This document shows, in pieces, positions 1 through 9,959 of a DNA stretch of 64,000 bases. A model generated the notes under the pieces. That model had not been told where the DNA came from. It saw nothing but the letters and a program-made list of their open reading frames with translations, and did no database searches. This DNA is from a virus (Duplodnaviria > Heunggongvirae > Uroviricota > Caudoviricetes). Position 1 is the stretch's first letter, and every line of letters begins with the position of its first letter. The translations under genes and the position numbers were made by a program. Location: the IMG/VR virus record IMGVR_UViG_3300037245_002365; one strand, 5' to 3'.

Positions 1-1434
1 CTTCTCCAACCGCATAAATATGGCATTGCCAGGAACATAGAAAGCATACTTCTCTGTTTCATGTGCTGTAAAGCCATCACTTTCAGGATTAATTGGATAG
101 TAAACAATATTCTTTCTACCATCCCAAGCTTTCATCTCCCATCCACCTACTGAAGCAACTTTAGTTGTCTCCATGATATCAAATGGTTCTGAAACTTTAC
201 CATTAATACACCAAACACCATAATCACCTAAATTTGGATGATCTCCTTCTGGCTCAAATGATTCTGCTGTTTTCTCTGTAATCTCATCAGCAATATGCCA
301 TTCGCCAAGTTTATCGATGTACATAGTACGTGGCTCACCCAACATTGGGTAAACATTAGTCATCTCACCATTTGGTAGATATTCTTTGAGACTAGATAAT
401 TTAGTTATCGTAAATGGAGTAGTCATCGTTTTACCAGTTAAAAATGTTCCATGTTCACCAACTTGTGGCATATCACCCTCAATCTCTTCAAATGTAGCTA
501 CTTTCTCTAGATCAGCATCTCCTGCTGTGCTATAAGTTTTATCGCTGTGTACTGTAAGTATACAGTCATCTAGTATAAACTCTCCAAAATCAGGAGCACT
601 CGCAACTTTCTCGAAGCTAGCAGGTGCTTCACCTACGGTTAACATTCCAAACTCTTCTGCTTCACTCTCTGTTACGGGAACTTTCCAAACAAAGTCAACT
701 TTAGCGTTTGCTTGCTTTATTGTATAGTTGCCATGACTATCTTTAAACGTTGCTTGTCTGTCGATATCAAGGTCTCTCACTAGAGCGTCCATTGAATCTT
801 GGAAAGTGCCAACTTCTTTGCTGGCAAGTTTGTGTAGTACCTCAATTGTATCATTTTCAACAAATGCATTCTTTAACACTGGATCGTTTTCGACTTGAGC
901 AATTATCTTATCTGCGGCTGTCTTGTCTATATTTTCTAGTGAATCTATAATTGATGCGTATTTGTGTCCCATGTAACCATAAGGTTGACGTAATGCAGCG
1001 TAAGGGTAACCTGAGCTAGCATTTGGGTTAGGTGTGTGTTGTATCTGATTATGGAACAACAGAGTTGAGCCTTTAACTGGTGATCTTTGTACGCCTTTGA
1101 ATGGGCTCTCACTAGTTGTGACTTCTTTCAGCGTTTCATGTGTAAGTGGAAGCACAGTATCTCCGACGATCATTACGTCTCGGGGTGCTAATATAAATTC
1201 TTTTACGACTAATGGTACTTTTACTCCACCTACATCTAGTGAACCAACAGCGTATCCTTTTGAAAAGTCTTTTTCTTTCCATCTAACTAATAGGGGCATT
1301 TGTTGAAGATATGGATAACTCTCCATGAAATCATGAATAATTTGTTTCGACCATTTTGTACTATCTGTATCTAAGACCAGTACAGCGTGTGTCGCGGTTT
1401 TATTAAATTCAACTGTGCCAAATAAATTGCTCAT
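1..1434 (-). CDS. Hypothetical virion or structural protein; 3' end of the gene (C-terminus) runs past the window's left edge
   Basis: ATG at 1434 on the minus strand with a GGAG RBS 8 nt upstream. Open reading frame continues to position 1. It sits in the minus-strand block with the putative tail gene. The ORF track omits it because there is no stop in the window. Confidence 0.6.
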   Translation of the reverse strand, partial: MSNLFGTVEFNKTATHAVLVLDTDSTKWSKQIIHDFMESYPYLQQMPLLVRWKEKDFSKGYAVGSLDVGGVKVPLVVKEFILAPRDVMIVGDTVLPLTHETLKEVTTSESPFKGVQRSPVKGSTLLFHNQIQHTPNPNASSGYPYAALRQPYGYMGHKYASIIDSLENIDKTAADKIIAQVENDPVLKNAFVENDTIEVLHKLASKEVGTFQDSMDALVRDLDIDRQATFKDSHGNYTIKQANAKVDFVWKVPVTESEAEEFGMLTVGEAPASFEKVASAPDFGEFILDDCILTVHSDKTYSTAGDADLEKVATFEEIEGDMPQVGEHGTFLTGKTMTTPFTITKLSSLKEYLPNGEMTNVYPMLGEPRTMYIDKLGEWHIADEITEKTAESFEPEGDHPNLGDYGVWCINGKVSEPFDIMETTKVASVGGWEMKAWDGRKNIVYYPINPESDGFTAHETEKYAFYVPGNAIFMRLEK

Positions 1435-1511
1435 CTTTTTTCTCCGTTTTGATAAGATTTGTTCTTACTGTAATATAGGAACTTTTAATCTTTTAGTCAA
1501 GACATTTCTAA

Positions 1512-1790
1512 TTACTCTGAAACAGGAAACGCTATGTTTAGCTCTTCAAACATTTTATCCATTACAGCATTTATAACTGTATTGGCTATGTTTGCTATTG
1601 CGTCTGTGTATTCAGCTGGAGTTCTAGTTGGAGCACTTTTGTCTTCTTCATACTCCCCACTCAGGTCATTCTCATCAACCGGCACGAGTGGGAAAGTGAC
1701 AATTTCAAGAGTTTTCCATTCTGTCTCAAATAGAGAGTGTGCAGCTTCTTTGGCTGTAGTAATTGTTGTTTGTTCAAATCTATTAGGCAT
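1512..1790 (-). CDS. Small acidic hypothetical protein, coupled to the upstream structural gene
   Basis: 92-aa ORF on the same strand as its neighbours. Its start overlaps the stop of the 1783..3567 gene. Confidence 0.5.
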   Translation of the reverse strand: MPNRFEQTTITTAKEAAHSLFETEWKTLEIVTFPLVPVDENDLSGEYEEDKSAPTRTPAEYTDAIANIANTVINAVMDKMFEELNIAFPVSE

Positions 1791-3567
1791 CGTAATTTAA
1801 TGTTCCTGTTGCTATTGTTGCTTCTATTTGTGTTATTTGTGTTTGTGCTGCAAGTATTTGTGTCTGCATTTGTATTCCTGGTGATATAATTGCTAATTTT
1901 AAAGATGCTCCTCCATCCATAGGTACTGGTGTCCAAAAAGGTAGTCCATTTAATCCAGTAAATATATTAATGAATGCACCCATCTTTTCAGTTAGTGCTG
2001 TTATTATACCAGTTAACTCTAGCATCTGTTCTCTAACCGTATCAATAAAGTTAGCTGTTGCTGATACTTGTAGGGTCTCACCACTATTTGTACTAGTGAA
2101 TGCAGACTCTTGTGCGCTCGTATTAAATTCGCCATCAATTACAAGCTCTTTGCCTAACGCTATTGTTTCTGACTTCCACACGCTATTGTCTGTTGTGTAA
2201 TATACTCCATACAATATCTGACCAAGAGAACGAGCTTCAATTGTATCACTATACAATAAGCTGCCACCTAGAATTTGTGTTCTAGAGTATCCACCACCAA
2301 TATTAATTGGGGCTGTGTTAAATCCATGTACATGTTTACGCCAAATTGTGTCACGCATACCAATTGGTGCATCACTACTTTTTAATATACCAAAACTTTC
2401 AACATAGTGCTGTTTGGCAGAGTAGTTTGGTAACTTAAAGTCATAACCCTTACCTTCACCCATATTATCTAACAATAATCCTTTAACTGAAGGAGTTATC
2501 CCAGTGTAAATCTGATGTCTGAATATCTCGCCCTTCACACCATCAATAACTGATCCAGGAGTTAAGCCAGCACGAACAGTAATATCATCTTCATACTCAC
2601 CTTGTCTAAACAAATATGTGTCTGTAGAGGCTTCATGTATTCTTTTTGATGATATTTCAAATACAGTGCCACGAGGATAGAAATCATTATTACTAAATCT
2701 ATATGAACCTGCATTCTGTCCCGCAGGGTCACCAAAGCGCATCATAGTCACAAGATTCTTCTTCGTATCATCAGTAGCTTGTCTTGTTTCTATTTGATAT
2801 GGATGTTGTCCGAACAGTTCTGTATTTTTCTTGGGGTTAGTAATAGCGCCAGCACGTACAATTGCTTTATCTGTATACTGACTAGTAGCAGTCAGCAATG
2901 TTGTTTCGCTTAATTCTGTTATTGCATCTGCATCGCCTGGAGATTCCTGTGACTTAAGATATACTTCTGTATGTGGTGTTAAATTGGCGAGACCAGAATA
3001 TGGGTCTATTGCAAAGTAATCATTAATTACTTTTCCACCTGTAAATGTCTGCACACTAGAAACAGAGGTAGTTTTAACAGCTTTTGACTTTCCATCAATC
3101 TCGATGTTAGCAAGTGGTCCACAGTATAAAGAACCAAGTCCTTCAGGTGTAAGTAACAACGAAGCTGGTGTCTCTATGCCTACTTTAGCAAAAACACTTC
3201 CTCTACTCAATATCTCTGGTGACCAAATACCGAACGGAGTACCATTTATAGCGTTTGCTGTCCTCACATATGTAAGTATTTGCACCTTCTGATCAAATTT
3301 TGTTTCCATCACAATACATTCTGTATTTTTTGGTGGGTGTGATATCATCCCTTCACCAAAATCACCAACTGGTAATGGTGATGGTGGGTATGCTTCCTTT
3401 ACTCCCCCGTTAGCACGATCAGTAGAAGCCTTGGCTTCCTTAACATAGATACGAAATGTTTTATCATCTGGATTTATATCCGGATCTTCTACTACTATGG
3501 CTCTATATATCTCATATGTGTCGGACCCGACATCATTTGATGCGAATCCTATATTATTTTTTCTCAT
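1783..3567 (-). CDS. Putative baseplate or tail structural protein (594 aa)
   Basis: Long ORF. N-terminus YEIYRAIVVEDPDINPDDKTFRIYVKE resembles the OB-fold N-terminus of baseplate hub or spike proteins, but this is a weak motif-level similarity only. Confidence 0.45.
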   Translation of the reverse strand: MRKNNIGFASNDVGSDTYEIYRAIVVEDPDINPDDKTFRIYVKEAKASTDRANGGVKEAYPPSPLPVGDFGEGMISHPPKNTECIVMETKFDQKVQILTYVRTANAINGTPFGIWSPEILSRGSVFAKVGIETPASLLLTPEGLGSLYCGPLANIEIDGKSKAVKTTSVSSVQTFTGGKVINDYFAIDPYSGLANLTPHTEVYLKSQESPGDADAITELSETTLLTATSQYTDKAIVRAGAITNPKKNTELFGQHPYQIETRQATDDTKKNLVTMMRFGDPAGQNAGSYRFSNNDFYPRGTVFEISSKRIHEASTDTYLFRQGEYEDDITVRAGLTPGSVIDGVKGEIFRHQIYTGITPSVKGLLLDNMGEGKGYDFKLPNYSAKQHYVESFGILKSSDAPIGMRDTIWRKHVHGFNTAPINIGGGYSRTQILGGSLLYSDTIEARSLGQILYGVYYTTDNSVWKSETIALGKELVIDGEFNTSAQESAFTSTNSGETLQVSATANFIDTVREQMLELTGIITALTEKMGAFINIFTGLNGLPFWTPVPMDGGASLKLAIISPGIQMQTQILAAQTQITQIEATIATGTLNYDA

Positions 3568-3570
3568 AGC

Positions 3571-3591
3571 TTAATGTAGTCACTACATTAA
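3571..3591. repeat. Inverted repeat TTAATGTAG-CAC-CTACATTAA in the divergent intergenic region
   Basis: Perfect 9-bp arms seen directly. It lies between the minus-strand structural genes and the plus-strand array. The related ACTACATTAAGA motif recurs at 6168-6185. Confidence 0.6.
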
Positions 3592-3606
3592 GATTAATCA
3601 AGCGTT

Positions 3607-3619
3607 TTTGGTATAAGAT
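3607..3619 (+). promoter_or_regulatory. Phage promoter-like motif TTGGTATAAGAT
   Basis: One copy of the recurring (A/T)TGGTATAAGAA motif found 25-70 nt upstream of ORFs. Resembles a TATAAATA-type late promoter. Confidence 0.45.
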
Positions 3620-3659
3620 TTTTATGGTTAACCTATTATTCTAAATTAAGGAGGACATT

Positions 3660-4103
3660 ATGGAGACTATCAACGTAGATTGGAGTAGAGAGAGGTATGA
3701 CATAACAAAATGGTTTCAGCTACCTACAGCAGCAGATGGATTAATAAAAATTGTTGACTTCGATCCAACTGCTCCACCACATCGAATTAGATTTCGTGAG
3801 AACTGGGACACCAAAAAGAAACCAACTCATTCAGGTCAGCTATTCTATAAAGATTTTTTTAACTTAGAACCTGATGCAGAACTAGTATTGCATGTGGATG
3901 GCCTTATGAAGCCTATACAATTTATAGGCCTTAAGATAGACCATTGGGGTGCGCAAAAATGCTGGTGTATGACTTACAGAAATAAAGATGGTTCAGAACT
4001 ATCAGCATCATTACATTATTTAGGAGCAGCAAAATCACGACCAACAGGCGGCTGGGCCGTACTTCGGTGGGTAACATTGAAGGAACAAGACAATGATAGA
4101 TAA
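3660..4103 (+). CDS. Tandem paralog family member 1 (unknown function)
   Basis: AAGGAGG RBS. Has the family motifs KP-x-HSGQLFYKDFFNLEPDAEL and C-terminal WVTLKE. Its N-terminus is longer than in the other members. Confidence 0.8.
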   Translation: METINVDWSRERYDITKWFQLPTAADGLIKIVDFDPTAPPHRIRFRENWDTKKKPTHSGQLFYKDFFNLEPDAELVLHVDGLMKPIQFIGLKIDHWGAQKCWCMTYRNKDGSELSASLHYLGAAKSRPTGGWAVLRWVTLKEQDNDR

Positions 4104-4461
4104 TTATAGTAATATGTACTGTTTCAGAGATAAATATGACTTTACAAAGTGTTGTAATAAGCTGGTATGTAAACCAGACAACCCTGATCAATTATTTTTC
4201 AGAGATTTCTTCAAATTAACAGAAAACACAGAGCTAATTGTTGTTAGTCCTCTAGCAAATGAAGAAGATATGATTAAAATACCCGTTCAATTCATCAAAA
4301 CTTATCTGTATAGAAACCCCGTGAGTCCCTCTAGATGGCATATAGCATTCAGAGACCAAGACGGAGTAGAATACATGGCAGATATATATGAGGTTGGTGC
4401 TTTATTTCATGAAGGAATTTGGAGTTGTAATCAATGGATAACATTGAAGGAGACATCATGA
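4093..4461 (+). CDS. Tandem paralog family member 2
   Basis: DQLFFRDFFKLTENTELIV ... WITLKE. Its start overlaps the 3' end of the previous gene. Confidence 0.8.
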   Translation: MIDNYSNMYCFRDKYDFTKCCNKLVCKPDNPDQLFFRDFFKLTENTELIVVSPLANEEDMIKIPVQFIKTYLYRNPVSPSRWHIAFRDQDGVEYMADIYEVGALFHEGIWSCNQWITLKETS

Positions 4462-4802
4462 CACATTGGACAGATGTGAAACCAATGCGCAAAGGACAAC
4501 TATTCTTTAGAGATTTCTTTAAACTTGATATAGATACAGAGCTAGAGATTTATAGCAATGATCGCCATTCCGCCATTTATGATAACAGAGATTATAAGAG
4601 CACTGATAACACAGAGATCATATATGTACAATTTGTTAAAGCAATCCTAGAGAGAATTGAAGGGGACAAAGATTTTTGGAGCATTAAAGTCAGAAATGCG
4701 GATGGTGAGTATCTTCTGTTAGACCTAGGATTATATGGTGGCACACGCATTGATGGCAACTGGAATGCAGATGCATGGATAAAATTAAAGGAGATAGAAT
4801 GA
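4458..4802 (+). CDS. Tandem paralog family member 3 (start moved to the ATG after AAGGAG)
   Basis: GQLFFRDFFKLDIDTEL ... WIKLKE. The upstream WITLKE codons TTGAAGGAG supply its RBS. Confidence 0.75.
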   Translation: MTHWTDVKPMRKGQLFFRDFFKLDIDTELEIYSNDRHSAIYDNRDYKSTDNTEIIYVQFVKAILERIEGDKDFWSIKVRNADGEYLLLDLGLYGGTRIDGNWNADAWIKLKEIE

Positions 4803-5158
4803 GTGATAGGTATTGGACAAAAACAAAACCAGACAATAGTGGTCAGTTGTATCTTAAGGACATATTGAAATTGCCTGAAAATACAGAACTAGTTGCTCAC
4901 ATCAATCCAGTGTTCCAGCAATGTATTTATTATCTTAATGGGAATAATTTTCTGAAAGATATTGACAACAGAGCAATGCAAATACAATTTATCAAAGCAG
5001 AGATATTGAGTGTTGCTCATGATGACAAATATTGGCATATTCATTTTAGAACTTTAGATGGAGAGGAACTTGTTATAGATTTAGGTATCTATGGAGCAGT
5101 ATGTTGGCAAGGTAAATATAACAAATGTAGGTGGCTAACACTAAAGGAGATAACATGA
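4799..5158 (+). CDS. Tandem paralog family member 4
   Basis: GQLYLKDILKLPENTEL ... WLTLKE. AAGGAG lies 6 nt upstream of the ATG. Confidence 0.75.
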   Translation: MSDRYWTKTKPDNSGQLYLKDILKLPENTELVAHINPVFQQCIYYLNGNNFLKDIDNRAMQIQFIKAEILSVAHDDKYWHIHFRTLDGEELVIDLGIYGAVCWQGKYNKCRWLTLKEIT

Positions 5159-5508
5159 GTTCTAGTGATTACTGGACAAAAGTAAAACCAATCCGTTCGG
5201 GTCAATTATATCTCAGGGATATACAGAAATTGCCTGAAAACACAGAACTAATTGCCCATGCAAAGCCTAATTTTGGGCAAATTATGTATGAGGATATTTC
5301 TGAAGAAATAGCTAATAGTAAAGCATTACCTATACAATTTATTAAAGCAAGAATATTAGACCATGGAAATGGTGATAAATACTGGCACATACGATTTAGA
5401 ACTTTAGATGGAACAGAACATACTTTAGATCTAGGTAATTATGGAGCAGTACGTTGGCAAGGTAAGTATGGTACATGTAGATGGTTAACATTAAAGGAGC
5501 AATTATGA
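5155..5508 (+). CDS. Tandem paralog family member 5
   Basis: GQLYLRDIQKLPENTEL ... WLTLKE. Very similar to member 4. Confidence 0.75.
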   Translation: MSSSDYWTKVKPIRSGQLYLRDIQKLPENTELIAHAKPNFGQIMYEDISEEIANSKALPIQFIKARILDHGNGDKYWHIRFRTLDGTEHTLDLGNYGAVRWQGKYGTCRWLTLKEQL

Positions 5509-5855
5509 GCATATCTGACGGAAGTTGGAGTAAAAAGAAACCAACAAGAGATAATCAACTATTTTTCAAAGATTTACGGAAATTAAGAGAAAATGATGAA
5601 TTACTTGCATTTGTAGAAGGAAACAATCCTCATGACTTTTACACACTAGATGAAAATGAAGAGGTTGATGCAAGGTTGGAGGGAGTCAAGCCAGAACCAC
5701 TACAATTTATTAAATTAAAAATATTGGATACATATTGGCATTTAATCGCTAGAAATATGGAGGGTGCCATAATAACTTTAGACCTAGGTACATACGGCGC
5801 AGTATGTTGGAGAAATAAGTATCATCAAAAGAAATGGCTCACATTAAAGGAATAG
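5505..5855 (+). CDS. Tandem paralog family member 6
   Basis: NQLFFKDLRKLRENDEL ... WLTLKE. Confidence 0.75.
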   Translation: MSISDGSWSKKKPTRDNQLFFKDLRKLRENDELLAFVEGNNPHDFYTLDENEEVDARLEGVKPEPLQFIKLKILDTYWHLIARNMEGAIITLDLGTYGAVCWRNKYHQKKWLTLKE

Positions 5856-5858
5856 TAA

Positions 5859-6149
5859 ATGAAGAACTTATTTAATACCCGCCTATTACTAAAAGATATG
5901 CGTCAACTACAACCACGAGATAGATTAATCTTTCACATACGTGATGGTGCACACAGAGAAGATGTTCCAGTAGAATTCCTCAATCTAGAGTTAGGTGGAA
6001 CCTATAGTCAAGGTGATTATAAATACTGGTGTGTCCGTTTTATATCTATGATGGGCAATGAGCGCGTAATGGGACTAAGAGTACTTAACGCAGTTAAGTA
6101 CAAGAATAACATGTACAGAGGCTACCATTACTTAACACGGGATATTTAG
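5859..6149 (+). CDS. Divergent or truncated member of the tandem family
   Basis: LLLKDMRQLQPRDRLIFH matches the family core. It lacks the TLKE tail. Confidence 0.6.
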   Translation: MKNLFNTRLLLKDMRQLQPRDRLIFHIRDGAHREDVPVEFLNLELGGTYSQGDYKYWCVRFISMMGNERVMGLRVLNAVKYKNNMYRGYHYLTRDI

Positions 6150-6158
6150 GTATAAGAA
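6149..6158 (+). promoter_or_regulatory. GGTATAAGAA promoter-like motif
   Basis: Exact motif about 50 nt upstream of the 6211 ORF. Confidence 0.45.
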
Positions 6159-6210
6159 CACTATGAGCACACAATATAACTCATAACTACATTAAGAATT
6201 AAGGAGAGAT

Positions 6211-6687
6211 ATGGACATTCGAACAATAAATTCATATGAATTTATTACCAATCAAAATTATACAGAAAATTTTACTCACAAGTATTTCTCAAAGGATTCC
6301 CGGCGAACAAGAACTGTTATGCGTAATCCAGACCGACCAGGACAACTATTCTATAAAGACGGATTTAAGCTTGAGCCCGGAGTAGAGTTATGTTTGCACA
6401 GAGATGTGTTTAGAGACTCAGGACTCATCAAAGTACAGTTTGTACAATTTATTACAATGCAACAACATGAACGTAATTGGAAATTGGGAGCAGTTGATGA
6501 AGAAGGTAATCCGGTATCAATGTACTGTATAGGTTATGCTATGTCACCTTATGCGGAGGCTACCAAAAAATATTGGGACCCATATAATTGGATAACACTT
6601 AAATCAAGTGTTGATCATAGCAAATTGACATTATTAACTATTGATGAGAAAGAGGGACATTACGAGGAGAATTTAAATGCCAACTAA
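6211..6687 (+). CDS. Tandem paralog family member (longer N-terminus)
   Basis: RPGQLFYKDGFKLEPGVEL ... NWITLKS. AAGGAGAG RBS. Confidence 0.75.
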   Translation: MDIRTINSYEFITNQNYTENFTHKYFSKDSRRTRTVMRNPDRPGQLFYKDGFKLEPGVELCLHRDVFRDSGLIKVQFVQFITMQQHERNWKLGAVDEEGNPVSMYCIGYAMSPYAEATKKYWDPYNWITLKSSVDHSKLTLLTIDEKEGHYEENLNAN

Positions 6688-7096
6688 AGAAATGTTCACA
6701 TTAAAAGATATTAGAGGAGAGCAGGTAGAGTTTGAAGATACATACAAAAGACCAACAAATACTGGTCGACTTTCCTTCAAAGATTTTTTTAAATTAGAGG
6801 AAGGTCAGGAGCTGACCATTCATTCTGAAGGACTGCAAGGTTCAAATCCAGACAGACCAAACGAAGAAAATGTTCAATTCATTTCTATACGTCAGGGAGA
6901 GTTTGGCTTCGGTCCTAAAACTTGGGGTATTAACTTTAGAATGCCTGATGGTGAAAAGTTAGGAATAGACTTACATTTCTTAGGGGTTACCAAATGTGGT
7001 CACAACTGGAAAGATAAGATATGGGTATCCCACAAAATAACAAAAGATAACAACAGTTATCTCAAATGGGTAGAGAGGCAGAAATTTTATGGGTAA
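6677..7096 (+). CDS. Tandem paralog family member
   Basis: NTGRLSFKDFFKLEEGQELTIH, then a conserved DG-E-LGIDL core. Confidence 0.7.
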   Translation: MPTKEMFTLKDIRGEQVEFEDTYKRPTNTGRLSFKDFFKLEEGQELTIHSEGLQGSNPDRPNEENVQFISIRQGEFGFGPKTWGINFRMPDGEKLGIDLHFLGVTKCGHNWKDKIWVSHKITKDNNSYLKWVERQKFYG

Positions 7097-7114
7097 ACCT
7101 ACAGTTAGCAAACC

Positions 7115-7139
7115 CGAAAAAGCTGGACAGCTTTTTTAA
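7115..7139 (+). terminator. Rho-independent terminator after the first array
   Basis: Stem AAAGCTG/CAGCTTT followed by a T run. Confidence 0.6.
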
Positions 7140-7223
7140 TCTTGGTGTTTCCAAATGGGGTAAAGACTGGAGGAGCAGAGTATGGTTAACAAAGAAAGTC
7201 ATTTAGCTTTCTTTCCAGAAATG

Positions 7224-7233
7224 GGTATAAGAA
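7224..7233 (+). promoter_or_regulatory. GGTATAAGAA promoter-like motif
   Basis: Exact motif upstream of the 7317 ORF. Confidence 0.45.
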
Positions 7234-7316
7234 AGCTATGGGTAATCATGTCCTAGATATTAGGCGGCCCAAAAATAACAAACAAGTGTTTTTTTAAATT
7301 ACAAGGAGAATACAAT

Positions 7317-7601
7317 ATGCATATGAGAATGCAGATAGCTGCAGTGACACAATTAGATGGCTCAGTTATAGCGAGAATCTTTTCAGAGAATCGCACTGAA
7401 CCAGTAATAACGTCAAGGCCTTGCGAATCTGATATAAAAGCTATGATTGACGCTGTTGACCAGTTGAGATCTACGCTTTCAGCTATGGATATTGCAATTG
7501 GGACTAGAAAAGCTTTCCAAAAAAGGTTTAAGACCGATTTGGTAGGCCACAGATCTATTGATATTGGTAGTCACACCACTATCATAGGTGAGAGAGTATA
7601 G
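7317..7601 (+). CDS. Hypothetical protein
   Basis: 94-aa ORF with an AAGGAG RBS. Confidence 0.6.
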   Translation: MHMRMQIAAVTQLDGSVIARIFSENRTEPVITSRPCESDIKAMIDAVDQLRSTLSAMDIAIGTRKAFQKRFKTDLVGHRSIDIGSHTTIIGERV

Positions 7602-8055
7602 AAAACACGCAACACAGCACTCACCACAAGGTGAGTGTAATGAGATTAAAGAAATGATACAAGAAAATGTAAATGATGAATATCTAAGGCAAGCTAGAGC
7701 CAGAGGTATCAGAGCAGGTGACACCGTATTGGTAGTCAAGGGATTCGACGAAGAAGCCCACCAAAAATTAGCAGGTAGAGCCCTTTCGTACGCAGCCGTA
7801 ATGAATGGGACCGTTGGAAGAACATGTGAAGTAATTGAAGTAAAGAATGGTAATTACCTAGTCAGAGAGTCAGGTAACTCTGAAATGTGGTGGTTCCCTT
7901 ATTATTGCCTAGAACTAGTCAACAGCGATATCGTTATTGACGGGCATAAAATCAAATTTTATGAAGACTATATCACAGTCGGCTGCAAAATTATTCCTCA
8001 TAGCAAAGTTATAAGGATTTACAACCGAATCACTGCTGAAAAGACTAATGACTAA
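7588..8055 (+). CDS. Hypothetical protein, paralog of 8048..8605
   Basis: Shares ...GD-(V/I)-...-DG-Y-V-E...W-PYYC-ELE/V with the next gene. Confidence 0.65.
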   Translation: MREYRKHATQHSPQGECNEIKEMIQENVNDEYLRQARARGIRAGDTVLVVKGFDEEAHQKLAGRALSYAAVMNGTVGRTCEVIEVKNGNYLVRESGNSEMWWFPYYCLELVNSDIVIDGHKIKFYEDYITVGCKIIPHSKVIRIYNRITAEKTND

Positions 8056-8605
8056 GAACGAGGTATATAAGCTTCAGTCAGCAGCTACTGACATTGAAAC
8101 TGGTGACAGTATTAGAATACTTCGAGACTTTGATCCCTCTGCGCATAGAGCTATCTCTGATGCTCCGCTTGGTTACACAGATGTTATGGATGGTTACATT
8201 GGTGACTGTTACACAGTCTTGGAAGTAAGAGATGGTAACTTTATAGTAGAATCTATAGATACTTTTGGCTTTGGATCAATTGCGTGGCCATGGTATTGTG
8301 TTGAGTTGGAGGAAAAGGCACAACCAGGCCCCACTCCAATATATGTAGGATTAGATAAAGACGTAGAAATATTCTTTTATGATGATTATATTTGCGTTAA
8401 TGATATTCTTATTTACAAAGATACTCTTGATGAAATTATCATCAGACTTGATGAAGACACAAATGAAACTCCTCAGCAACAGTATGAACCCGTACAACGT
8501 ACATTGAACATGCCACAAGGTACCGCTGTACCAGTGGAAGAAAAGAAAGAGATCATATGCGATTGTGACTATTGTACACAATTTGATAGCAAAATACATA
8601 GATAA
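8048..8605 (+). CDS. Hypothetical protein, paralog of 7588..8055
   Basis: Same conserved core. The two are translationally coupled. Confidence 0.65.
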   Translation: MTKNEVYKLQSAATDIETGDSIRILRDFDPSAHRAISDAPLGYTDVMDGYIGDCYTVLEVRDGNFIVESIDTFGFGSIAWPWYCVELEEKAQPGPTPIYVGLDKDVEIFFYDDYICVNDILIYKDTLDEIIIRLDEDTNETPQQQYEPVQRTLNMPQGTAVPVEEKKEIICDCDYCTQFDSKIHR

Positions 8606-9234
8606 TGCCTAATACAATATTAGATTGGCCCGAAGTAGCAGCAATCAGAAGAAAATATGCTTTGGGCCAAATTACTTTCAAAAAGCTAGGCGAAGATTTT
8701 GGTGTTGCAGAAACCACAGTTGCTGATGTTATACATGACAGGACTTGGAATTTATCTACTAAGATAAGTAATGATAGAGCAATAGATAATAGTGATGTTA
8801 TAACCTCAGGTGACCTCACTTGGGAAGAAGTTGGAGATATACGAGACAGAAGGCGTGGACATGCTAATGCCTCTGTTGCATCATATTTAATGTCTAAATA
8901 TAATATTTGTTATAAAACAATTTGTGATATAGAAGCATTTAAAATCTGGAGAAGTTCAGATGAGTATGATGGATACAAAGCTAAGAAAGCTTTACTTCCA
9001 CCAAAAACTAAACCTGAAGTAATAGTTTCTAAACCTGAAGATACGCCCAAAAGAAAATATGTTAGTAGTGTTACTAAGTTAACATGGCAAGATATTCTAG
9101 CAATTCGAAGAAAGGCTAAAAACAAGTATGTGTACAACGTACGCAAACTCGCAAAAGAATATAAAGTAAGTGATCAGACAATGAGAAACATCATTAACAA
9201 GAAAACTTGGAAGAAAAAGCCAAAAGGTTTATAA
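8605..9234 (+). CDS. DNA-binding protein with three NUMOD1-like helix-turn-helix repeats and no nuclease domain
   Basis: Three repeats of the form KY-x-(L/V)-x5-LA/G-x-(F/Y)-x-VS/A-x-T-(V/M)-x-(D/N)-(V/I)-I-x3-TW. These resemble the nuclease-associated DNA-binding modules of homing endonucleases. Confidence 0.5.
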   Translation: MPNTILDWPEVAAIRRKYALGQITFKKLGEDFGVAETTVADVIHDRTWNLSTKISNDRAIDNSDVITSGDLTWEEVGDIRDRRRGHANASVASYLMSKYNICYKTICDIEAFKIWRSSDEYDGYKAKKALLPPKTKPEVIVSKPEDTPKRKYVSSVTKLTWQDILAIRRKAKNKYVYNVRKLAKEYKVSDQTMRNIINKKTWKKKPKGL

Positions 9235-9375
9235 TGTAAGGTTAATTTTGTCATTTATCAGTATTTTGACACATCAGCTCTAAACTTGACCAATAGAGTC
9301 AAGTTCATAGCCAAAAAAGCCAAAAATAAGCCCAAAATAGGCAAATATGGGCCATGCTACATGGAACCCCTTTTT

Positions 9376-9830
9376 CTTGTAGCATGAAACACGGTTTCGG
9401 TGTATTTTTATTAATTTAATAAAATCAACACTTTAGCAAATAGGTACCAAAACTTTTATTATTCGAGGATACAGCGTGCTACAAGAAAAAAGACGTTTTG
9501 TAGCATGGAATAACTTGTTTAAAAACAGTTGTTTAGTAAATAAATAAGTGTGAAAATTCGAGTTAGCTACACGATTTCTGTGTATGATAGGACCCTAGGA
9601 GATTTTTTCACCTACCCCCTACCTCAAGAAATCTCCTGACCCCCTCTTATACAAAGAATTCTTGTAGCTAACTCAATAAAACACATTATATATTATATTA
9701 AACTCATTATAAACATATACTTAGAGTATGCTACAAAGACATTATTTAACATTATTATATTAACTATGTAAGTCCTTTAAAAATAAGTATTTAATACGTG
9801 CTACAAAACCGTGTAGCATGCTTGTAGCAG
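9376..9830. repeat. Cluster of at least 8 TTGTAGC(A) or GCTACAA motifs, plus GAAACCGTG repeats, in non-coding DNA
   Basis: Seen at 9376, 9476, 9498, 9563, 9661, 9729, 9798, 9811 and 9821 in both orientations. Three copies fall within 35 bp at 9798-9830. Confidence 0.7.
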
Positions 9831-9959
9831 CCGTGTAACAGGAATTGAAATCACCATATCATTTAACATAGTTAAATGCAATAAAAACAACATCAACCTC
9901 TGCAAGCTACGAAACCGTGGACGAAGCTCGACAATAGTCGAGATTTGTCCAAATTAGGC

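Noticed and set aside
1534-1936. Plus- and minus-strand ORFs (1534..1800, 1661..1936, 1970..2200, 3104..3292) overlapping the long minus-strand structural genes
   Set aside because: They are antisense or out-of-frame to a 594-aa ORF and have low-complexity translations. They look like shadow ORFs.
3660-7096. Regular ~345-bp tandem periodicity, which might suggest a CRISPR array or a satellite
   Set aside because: The units are full-length, divergent, ORF-preserving protein-coding paralogs with RBS-start coupling. There are no short identical repeats alternating with unique spacers.
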